Shown here piece by piece: positions 56,673-64,000 of a stretch of DNA of 64,000 nt. Origin of the DNA: a virus; IMG/VR virus record IMGVR_UViG_3300047472_000449; one strand, given 5' to 3'. Numbering within the stretch: position 1 is the stretch's first letter; every line of letters begins with the position of its first letter. Below the pieces are notes generated by a model that worked only from the letters and a program-made list of their open reading frames with translations, was not told the DNA's origin and searched no databases. The translations under genes were made by a program, and so were the position numbers.

Positions 56673-57119
56673 TCAGAGATTTGATAGTGAGGTGGAGGTG
56701 GAGGCAGTTTCAGCTTTGGCTGCTTTTTCTGCTGCCTCTTTCTTGTCGTTATATATGGCAAAACAATATAGACCTATTGTCATGACACTGCCCATCGCCA
56801 GTTGTATCCATTCCGAAGGTAGTGAGGCGGCAATCGCTGCGACAGCTTCTGGTGATACTTTATTGCAAGCAGTAGGTTCGCTGCATTGGTTAACAATACT
56901 TTGCAGAGTGGTTGCTTTACCTATGAATGCTGAAATGATGATCGCCATTGCAAAGACGGGGACTTTGAGGCTTGCAAAATCCTCATTAAAGCCCGACCGG
57001 ATGGTGTTTAGAATAGTCTTGATGTTGCCCATGAGCTGTCTCCAATGCGTATTATTTTTATAGTTATGGAGTTTACCTGAAGTATGCGTAGTTGACTTAA
57101 TATTTATAAACAAAAACAC
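56673..57119 (-). CDS. membrane protein
   Basis: two TM-like segments; start probably MGNIKT. Confidence 0.55.
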   Translation of the reverse strand: MFLFINIKSTTHTSGKLHNYKNNTHWRQLMGNIKTILNTIRSGFNEDFASLKVPVFAMAIIISAFIGKATTLQSIVNQCSEPTACNKVSPEAVAAIAASLPSEWIQLAMGSVMTIGLYCFAIYNDKKEAAEKAAKAETASTSTSLSNL

Positions 57120-57160
57120 CGAATCTTTTTTGGATTCGGTGTTTTCTGTTGCTTTAAGTA

Positions 57161-57952
57161 TTAGAAGGGTATTTCGATTTTTTCGCCGTACAGTTCCACA
57201 TACTCTTCGTCAGTCAGTGGTTGACGGGCGTACCGTCGAGCAGCCAGAGCGACCCATTTCGCCTCACCAGCTTGTGCGGCCTCAGGCTGAAGGCTAAACG
57301 TCAGGCAATTATCGCTCAGATCTATGTCCGTGGCGCCAGTGTGATGATGCAGCCAAAAGAAAAAATTGTTGGACTCAGACAAGCTGTTGCGATCTCTGAT
57401 TCCCTTGCACTCCCAGTCCATCAGCTGGATGGAGAAATCTCGCTTCGTCTCTGTCACTTCGATTTTGGCAAAATCACTGCGCCGGTATTGCACGTCCACC
57501 TTGCTGTTGTTCGGCAACGGCGTGAGCTTCAGTCGATCTTTGGCCGTTGGATCTAGGCGATAGTCAGATCCCAGCAGTTCGTCGATTGCGGCCTCCAGAT
57601 TATGGTAGCCCTCAAACGAAAAGGTGTGCGTTTCCTCGGTGCGGCATTCCTCACCGTCAGAGGCCTCCAGCATCATTTGTACATAATCTTCGTCGTACAT
57701 GAAAACAACTTTGTAACAGTATTGCGTCTCTCCTGGCGCTTGTTTGCCCCGAAGCATGCCGTATTCGCCCAAGGATGGATCAAATTCAAGCAGATCCATA
57801 TCACACAGTCGTTGGGCCAATCGTATAACGTATTTCGGTGGCTTGATCCAGTCAGCTCCGCCGTACCGCTGAAATACGGTTTCTTCATTGTGATTCAGTG
57901 GGCGATGTGGAATCAGCTTCTGGGTCATGGGAGGGGTGCCGCTCTCAGCCAT
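57161..57952 (-). CDS. hypothetical protein sharing its N-terminal domain with 58847-59563
   Basis: LCDMDLLEFDP. Confidence 0.75.
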   Translation of the reverse strand: MAESGTPPMTQKLIPHRPLNHNEETVFQRYGGADWIKPPKYVIRLAQRLCDMDLLEFDPSLGEYGMLRGKQAPGETQYCYKVVFMYDEDYVQMMLEASDGEECRTEETHTFSFEGYHNLEAAIDELLGSDYRLDPTAKDRLKLTPLPNNSKVDVQYRRSDFAKIEVTETKRDFSIQLMDWECKGIRDRNSLSESNNFFFWLHHHTGATDIDLSDNCLTFSLQPEAAQAGEAKWVALAARRYARQPLTDEEYVELYGEKIEIPF

Positions 57953-58053
57953 TTCATTTGTTGGTTATTTTATATAAGAACAGATTTAATGTCAATTAAA
58001 ATGACAAAACCCCGCTTTGAAAGGTGGGGTTTTGTTAATTTTACGGTGGGTCG

Positions 58054-58803
58054 CTAAATAGGGACGCGTAGTTTGATTTGCGCTGCATTCCAGGCCAATG
58101 CTGCCGGATTGGGCTCATCGCCTTCCCGCTGATCCTCTCCGTCATCGAAATCCATGATTTGAGCATTCATGGGAACGTTGGCGATGATTTCCTGCACGAT
58201 GCCGCCGCGCACGCAGACGGCTACTTCAAGAGAGTCCACTTCAGTCACCTGAACTTCGATGCCTGCTTGAACCAGCGCTGCCTGGGCGGCTTGAGACATC
58301 GACGCGGTGCCACCGACGATCAAAACTTTCATGCTCTGCTCCTTTGTTGGGGTTGTGCTGAAGGTGAACAAGTTCGCAACATCACAGATCGCAATCAGCT
58401 GACGCAGGGGGAACCGGAACTCATCAATACGGCTTTGACTGATGAGCCAGTCATTCGCGGAATTTTCGAAAAACCACACACTGTCCTTTTCTTTCATCCC
58501 CTTGCCGTACAGCAGCACGGTATCGGTAACGTTCCCATCGATGCGCTGGACAAACTTTACCTTGCTGGTGAACCGGTCACCGTCTTGGGTGATCTGGTTC
58601 ACCAACAGTCTGAGGAACTGGTGCCCTTGATGCATGTAGCATTCAACCACGAACGACAGTGTGAGGGTGTTCGTGGCCGGATCTGCGACAAGCTCCAGGT
58701 ATGGGCATTTTTCGTCCAATTTTAGCCCGTTAACAAAGGCGCTAAACACAGCTGACTTGGCCAGCAATTCCTTGAGCATCGCAGCATCACCGGTTATTGA
58801 CAT
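58054..58803 (-). CDS. two-domain hypothetical protein
   Basis: C-terminal VAVCVRGGIVQEI...MDFDD motif; promoter TTGACA(58835-58840)-17-TATGAT. Confidence 0.75.
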   Translation of the reverse strand: MSITGDAAMLKELLAKSAVFSAFVNGLKLDEKCPYLELVADPATNTLTLSFVVECYMHQGHQFLRLLVNQITQDGDRFTSKVKFVQRIDGNVTDTVLLYGKGMKEKDSVWFFENSANDWLISQSRIDEFRFPLRQLIAICDVANLFTFSTTPTKEQSMKVLIVGGTASMSQAAQAALVQAGIEVQVTEVDSLEVAVCVRGGIVQEIIANVPMNAQIMDFDDGEDQREGDEPNPAALAWNAAQIKLRVPI

Positions 58804-58846
58804 TGTGAGTTATCATACCTTTCCCAACATCAATTGTCAACTACAT

Positions 58847-59563
58847 TTACGCTGGTACTGGAAAATCCCTGATGCATTCGTTGAGGTATTGGTTAATCAA
58901 GAATACAACAGCTTTGAGCTGCTCAGGATCGTGTTTTCTTAATTTTATAATAATGACGTAATTATTATTACCATTGATATGTGCCGAACTGACACCCGTC
59001 CCTTCTTCAATCATTCGCTCAAGTTCACTCCAGTTTCCAGCCGATCTTCTCTCGTGGAGTGCCATTGCTTGGCGTTGCGTCATCTTAATTTCATATTGAT
59101 AGAGGGATAGCCGTGGTTTCAGATCTGTCCTGAAGTCTTCAAAACGGTAACTGTGTTCAGCGGGGCTATTATTTTCCATGTGCTGAGCTTCAATTTTCAC
59201 CGCTGATCGCTGACAACTATAGTCCGTGGCAAATTGCTGAATGAGCATTCCTTCCACCAGTTTTAGGTCATCGAAGCCTTGGTACGAAACAGTGGTGGTA
59301 AATTCAGCAATTTTGTCATTAGACGGTACAGACAACCTGAAGGCCGCGCAGTAGTTGTTTCTGCCTTCGATGGTTTTGCGCCTTACTTGCCCAGAATGGC
59401 CTGGAAGTGGCTGAAACTCCAATAGGTCTTTGTCGCAGAGAGCTGCAATGGCAGTTTTGTCTGCTGGTTCAAAATCAGTCCAGTCATCATGGCTGTATTT
59501 TTCAAGCGCTTGTTTTTGCTGTTGAGTCAGTCGTGGAGTTTTACTGGGCATCTTGTTTTCCAT
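58847..59563 (-). CDS. hypothetical protein sharing its N-terminal domain with 57161-57952
   Basis: LCDKDLLEFQP. Confidence 0.75.
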   Translation of the reverse strand: MENKMPSKTPRLTQQQKQALEKYSHDDWTDFEPADKTAIAALCDKDLLEFQPLPGHSGQVRRKTIEGRNNYCAAFRLSVPSNDKIAEFTTTVSYQGFDDLKLVEGMLIQQFATDYSCQRSAVKIEAQHMENNSPAEHSYRFEDFRTDLKPRLSLYQYEIKMTQRQAMALHERRSAGNWSELERMIEEGTGVSSAHINGNNNYVIIIKLRKHDPEQLKAVVFLINQYLNECIRDFPVPA

Positions 59564-60479
59564 AATTGTCTGATCTAATTATCGTGAATAGTTTTTGGCG
59601 TTTGCGGTCAAAATAGAACTTTTTGAGAGATTCGCTCAAACTATCGAATGCGTGTCGGTTGTAATTGAATACCCTATCGAAATAGTCGTTGGCTGCATCG
59701 TATTTAAGGCATTTGTGGGCGACTGAGCCCAAACAAAGCTCGGCCATCGCCATGTTCTCAATGTCATCTGTATCCAGTGCGGCTGCCCACATTAGCGCGG
59801 TATCTTTGGCTGAGGCATACGAACCTGACTTATAGTGTGTCCGTGTTAACAGCCCTGACAAGACTGCAAATTGTTCCCAGCCTTCTACAGGCTGTGGTAA
59901 TAACTGTACGGCCTTCTCGGCAATAGTTCTGCTTTCAAAAAAGCGTCCTTGTGCAAAGCAATTCTCAGCTTCGGCAATTAGGCTATCAATCTTTTTATCA
60001 ATGAATGGATATTCTTTAGCTAATACTGATCGGCGAGGCAGCCTTGATTTTCTTTCTGTGTAATAGAAGCGCAGGTATTTGTCATCGCGATGATCGAAGG
60101 GCAGTGTGTGAGAATTAGCGTATACCTGATCAAAGATGGCAAAAGCTCTTTCAACCTCGCCTAGTTCAAAGTGAGTGACCCCTAGGTCAACCAGAATCTT
60201 CTGGCATCTTGCATTGATAGGTAGTTCACTGGCCCGCTGCACCCAGGGTCTGGCAGAAGCAAAATCGCCGAGCTGGAAGAAACTTTTATAAATCGAGCCC
60301 AGTGTGATCATTTCAAACAAGTCGGGATCATCAGAGTCGCCATTCATCGCGGTATTCCATGCATGAATAAAAAGATGAACAGCGTCTTCGTGCTTCCCTT
60401 CAAAGCTCATTTGTGTGGCGACATTGATGTGATTCCAGACATCATGTATCCATAATCGATCAAATTCGGACAAACTCAT
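59541..60479 (-). CDS. TPR protein with two tandem modules
   Basis: LGVTHFELGEVERAFAIF...DDKYLRFY and LGSVAHKCLKYDAANDYF...LKKFYF. Confidence 0.75.
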   Translation of the reverse strand: MSLSEFDRLWIHDVWNHINVATQMSFEGKHEDAVHLFIHAWNTAMNGDSDDPDLFEMITLGSIYKSFFQLGDFASARPWVQRASELPINARCQKILVDLGVTHFELGEVERAFAIFDQVYANSHTLPFDHRDDKYLRFYYTERKSRLPRRSVLAKEYPFIDKKIDSLIAEAENCFAQGRFFESRTIAEKAVQLLPQPVEGWEQFAVLSGLLTRTHYKSGSYASAKDTALMWAAALDTDDIENMAMAELCLGSVAHKCLKYDAANDYFDRVFNYNRHAFDSLSESLKKFYFDRKRQKLFTIIRSDNYGKQDAQ

Positions 60480-60609
60480 TTTTCGACCCTGTAGTTTGTT
60501 GATTATTATCTACAAATTTCCAGTGTTCGTCAAATCCTCACGAAACCACCTTGTCGGTGCGCATAAGCAAAAACGCGAGCACACAGCTCGCGTTTTGGTA
60601 ATCCGCAGT

Positions 60610-61944
60610 TTAGGCGGCGTCTAGACCGCTGCCGTATTTGTTGATGGCCTTATCCATCTCGTTTTGCGACATCTTGATCGCGGCCTTTATGCTCAGATTT
60701 TTATCCGATAGGTATTCGATGTCCTGATAACTGCCCCTGGCTGTCGAGAGAATTTGCTCCTGTACTGGAACTTGGTGAACAGTTCCATTCTCGCCTTGGT
60801 AGGTGCTCACTGACATCAAGAAATCTTGGTCACTGATCAGCGCATACAGCTTGTCTGAGTTGATCGACGTTGGACGAGATTCGATCACCAGGAAGCCGTC
60901 TGTCTGCTTGGTCTGGATGGTGTACACACGTTCCACACACAACCTCACTGCATCGACCCCAAGGGCCTTCAGGTCATCCACGTGCGGCATTTCATTTTGC
61001 GCTATGGGCTTGCCGTTTACGTGTCTCCAGCGCTTCACTTGCTGCCATGAAATCAATATCTCGTGCTCTTTATCGGCAGTCATGACTTTCAGTGGCGTGC
61101 CCTTCTTGAGCTTCAGTATCGTGTCGGCAAATTCAAACGCGTTCTTGGGCTCGTAGAGATCAGTGGCGTTGTAAATGCTCAGCCGAGCATTGATTTCCTT
61201 CAGCTGATCGTTGTGCATGTTTGTACGCCGACTGGCACCATCTTCGAGAACTTTATGCAGATGCTCAGCCGTTCGAATGCCAATCAATGTATTGGGGTAC
61301 ATGGTTGCAACCATCGCCACGGATTTGTCGGGAGCAATGATGGCGGTTGGATAACTTACATCAGGAATGTCGTTATCGTAGAAAATGTTCTTATTGACTT
61401 CGGCTTGATAGCCATCTGGCAGATCGAATACAACGTTTTTGTGCTCGAAAAAATCCGGAAGAGGGTTCAGTTCTGTGTCTTTTAGGGACTCCAATATCGC
61501 GGGGATATTATCCTCTTGCTCAGAGTAGCCCACAATCCCTAAGGTGCCGTCCTCACGCTTGGTTCGAATCATGTAAGGCCCGTACGTTGAGCCAGGATCT
61601 CCGCAGAATTCGCTGATCTTCAGACGGGTGTCCTCTGGCCAAACCAATTCATAACCCCATAAATAATCGTTGTGATTGACACGAAAATTTGGGTCTTCCA
61701 GTGATATCTCACGGAACCAGTTGTTGTTTTTTTTATCAACCATGTACACAGCATCCTGATCGGCGTTTAACTCGGCCTTGCTGATGGTGCGCAGAAGGTT
61801 GGCCCACTTTTCGGACTTTTGCGCGTTGCTGAGTACTTCAGTCATGTTTTCATTGACGGCAAATTCAATATCGCTGAACTCTGCTTTGGCATGGCCGTTA
61901 TTAATGACCCACTTGTCTCCCAGGACACTGGTAATGGTTTTCAT
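60610..61944 (-). CDS. large hypothetical protein
   Basis: 444 aa ORF followed by hairpin AAAACGCGAG/CTCGCGTTTT. Confidence 0.8.
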   Translation of the reverse strand: MKTITSVLGDKWVINNGHAKAEFSDIEFAVNENMTEVLSNAQKSEKWANLLRTISKAELNADQDAVYMVDKKNNNWFREISLEDPNFRVNHNDYLWGYELVWPEDTRLKISEFCGDPGSTYGPYMIRTKREDGTLGIVGYSEQEDNIPAILESLKDTELNPLPDFFEHKNVVFDLPDGYQAEVNKNIFYDNDIPDVSYPTAIIAPDKSVAMVATMYPNTLIGIRTAEHLHKVLEDGASRRTNMHNDQLKEINARLSIYNATDLYEPKNAFEFADTILKLKKGTPLKVMTADKEHEILISWQQVKRWRHVNGKPIAQNEMPHVDDLKALGVDAVRLCVERVYTIQTKQTDGFLVIESRPTSINSDKLYALISDQDFLMSVSTYQGENGTVHQVPVQEQILSTARGSYQDIEYLSDKNLSIKAAIKMSQNEMDKAINKYGSGLDAA

Positions 61945-62065
61945 GGCATATGTCTCTTATTTTTTATTAATTATAGCATATAGCGCCTGTCGGATTCTAA
62001 CCCCCAGCAACCTGACATAAAAAAGCCCGCGTTAACGGGCTTGGTTTGCGAAGCACTAGGACTAG

Positions 62066-62866
62066 TTACTCATCGTTTTCATCGGGCTGTTTATCCTCCG
62101 GGTGTCGGTTCCACAACTTACGCAGTGCGTTGACGGCGTTTTCTTCGCTGCTCTCGCCGTATTGGCCGGTAGCCGAGATTTCACAGCCAGGACAGTCGAT
62201 AATCGCCGCAAAGCTGTTGTGCTCAACCTGATCAAATCGTACATTTTCCGAGGTGATTTCGGCACCACAAAAACGGCATGGCTCAAAGGACTCATCAGGA
62301 AACTTTGCAATAATGCGTGCAGAGTCATCCAGTATTCTTTTGTAGGCTGCTCGAATTTCTTCGGTCGCATTGATGAATAGATCAGCAGGGTCGATAAAAC
62401 CTTGCTGACGCGCTGTGCCGAAGCTCAACGCAATAACAGAGACCAATATTGATGCTTGCTCGGCGCCATCAGCAAACCGCAACTCTTCCTCGCTGGCGAC
62501 AAACAACTCTCCGTCTTCACCCTTCAGCCAATAAAATGGCAGAGTTTCGACATCAAACTGGTAATTGCCATTCTCACTGGTGATGATCGCCTCAACAAAC
62601 GTGGCCGGGCCATTTCGATGGCGATCCATGTCCATGCTTGCCTGGAATGTCAATGGGTGGCCACTCAAGGCTTTGGAGGCCTTGCGGCACATGGAGTACC
62701 AGGACTTGATCAGATCGAAGGTATCATCGGTGATGCGCCAGCCCAGTTCATAGGCTTCAAAATACGGAGAGGACGCCGGGAAGATGTTCTTCTTCGCACT
62801 GCCTCTTTGGCGCTCATGGCGCGCATAGTCGAAGATGTTGTTTTCGAACAGGGTGCTGAAGATCAT
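62066..62866 (-). CDS. hypothetical protein with C-terminal Lar (restriction alleviation)-like zinc ribbon
   Basis: EPCRFCG...IIDCPGCEIS...NAVNALRKLWNR. Confidence 0.6.
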   Translation of the reverse strand: MIFSTLFENNIFDYARHERQRGSAKKNIFPASSPYFEAYELGWRITDDTFDLIKSWYSMCRKASKALSGHPLTFQASMDMDRHRNGPATFVEAIITSENGNYQFDVETLPFYWLKGEDGELFVASEEELRFADGAEQASILVSVIALSFGTARQQGFIDPADLFINATEEIRAAYKRILDDSARIIAKFPDESFEPCRFCGAEITSENVRFDQVEHNSFAAIIDCPGCEISATGQYGESSEENAVNALRKLWNRHPEDKQPDENDE

Positions 62867-63123
62867 CAGGACTCCAAAAGCTCAGGGATCGAATCGTTTT
62901 GATGGTGTCAATTATACGCCGTCACGCACATTTGTCAACTGTATTTACGGTTGTTTGCGTCAAATTATCATCTCCAGAATTTCATAAAGGAGATGATTGC
63001 GCCCATAAAAAACCCCGGCCTAAGCTAGGGTTATTGATGCATCAGCTCTCGATCAACGATCCGGATTCGAACCGGGATGCTCGGTATGTCCGCGCAGCAC
63101 TATGCTGGACGAGCGAAGTAGCA

Positions 63124-63480
63124 TCACGCCTTTGGCGTAAATAGGCCAGCGGGTATCCCGTGCTCAGCATCCAGCTTCTTGATCATCGTCTCGGAGAGTG
63201 CAAGTTCGCCGGAGAGTACAGCCTGGACATCTGCGGCAGAACCAATTTGTGGTTCCAGATCAGCCGGTGTCAGCTTCAGGCGATCCATTTGGAGCTGTAG
63301 CATATACTCCTGAGGCGGCGCTTCAATCGGGAAGTGGATGCTTTCGTAAGCGTGGACGATTTCGACGAGTTGATTCAGCTCTTCGAGTTCTTCACCTTCC
63401 TGAGCGCCAAAGATTTCTTCGACGCGAGCCAGTGCCAACTCGTGCTCTTCGTGATTGTTGATGCTGGTGATCTTGTTCAT
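63124..63480 (-). CDS. higA: HigA-family HTH antitoxin/regulator, no adjacent toxin
   Basis: EEHELALARVEEIF.A.EGEELEEL..LVEIVHAYE.IHFPI...DLEPQIGS...VLSGE..LSETMIKKL...GIP. Confidence 0.8.
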   Translation of the reverse strand: MNKITSINNHEEHELALARVEEIFGAQEGEELEELNQLVEIVHAYESIHFPIEAPPQEYMLQLQMDRLKLTPADLEPQIGSAADVQAVLSGELALSETMIKKLDAEHGIPAGLFTPKA

Positions 63481-63535
63481 GGTTCCCCCTTGATTGATCT
63501 GTATTTTACCCAAATTGGCCAGAGTTGATAAGGCC

Positions 63536-63949
63536 TCAATGCGAGCGCAGATCGATCAGGTCAGGCAGTTGGTAGCGGATCATGTCGCGCACAGCGGCAA
63601 AATACGCAAAACGGCATTGAACCTCAAACGGTTTGTCCTCGACATCTTTGAGCGATGTTTTGGCATCAAAACCGTGCGGCTCGGCATACTCGTGGTACAG
63701 CGCCTTCACGTGCTGGCGCAGGGCCGACTCGATGAAGTAGCCGTTAGGGTTGGCGATTTCACCGCGCTCAGCCTTGGCCTTGAGTTCCTTGTAAAACGAG
63801 TTGGTGCCAAAATTCAGCAACCGGCTCAGCGGCTTGTCGCGCATGCCCTCCCAGGTCTGGGTGGACAGGAAGTAAAACCACACGTGGCTCAACTGTTTGT
63901 CGCAGTGACGATAGAACGCTTTTTGGGAAAACAGGGCGTTAGCGAACAT
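63536..63949 (-). CDS. hypothetical protein, GFD/E family copy 3
   Basis: GYFIESALRQHV...EPHGFDAKTSLKDV. Confidence 0.7.
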   Translation of the reverse strand: MFANALFSQKAFYRHCDKQLSHVWFYFLSTQTWEGMRDKPLSRLLNFGTNSFYKELKAKAERGEIANPNGYFIESALRQHVKALYHEYAEPHGFDAKTSLKDVEDKPFEVQCRFAYFAAVRDMIRYQLPDLIDLRSH

Positions 63950-64000
63950 TGCAACTCCTAGAGGGATAAAACCGTGTGGTTTTTGTTGGGGTTATTGTAT

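Noticed and set aside
63034-63123. tRNA gene
   Set aside because: Only a T-arm is present; no acceptor stem, anticodon arm or CCA can be built. It is kept as a low-interest finding.
1-64000. Prophage or IS/transposon call
   Set aside because: Several phage-type hypotheticals are present, but there is no terminase, capsid, tail, integrase or transposase and no terminal inverted repeats.

Overview
This 64 kb window reads as the accessory region of a very large Pseudomonas-type mobile replicon, most likely a megaplasmid; a large phage-like element cannot be excluded. The basis is a Pseudomonas-like tmRNA, HU, ugd, alkB and toxin-antitoxin genes among about 90 short hypothetical genes, many in paralog families. 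I saw no replication, conjugation, capsid/tail, integrase, transposase or CRISPR genes. Recognisable functions are AlkB, a PD-(D/E)xK-like nuclease, two ATP-grasp proteins, a nucleoside-deoxyribosyltransferase-like/NUDIX fusion, a GNAT/DUF1778 TA pair, three secreted Trp/Cys-repeat proteins, Ugd, HU, a solo ABC-type ATPase, tmRNA, a Macro-like protein, a Lar-like fusion and an orphan HigA-like protein. Three signals are not explained by ordinary gene annotation. (1) Three homologous units at 264-2456 each consist of a short leader peptide followed by a structured RNA with compensatory base changes. (2) A promoter-driven, terminator-ended, ORF-free structured RNA of about 400 nt lies directly upstream of ugd. 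(3) A 17-bp palindrome, TGTCAA-N5-TTKACA-like, overlaps the -35 box of at least 19 near-consensus sigma70 promoters across the window. All family assignments come from motif recognition by eye; no database search or folding program was run.
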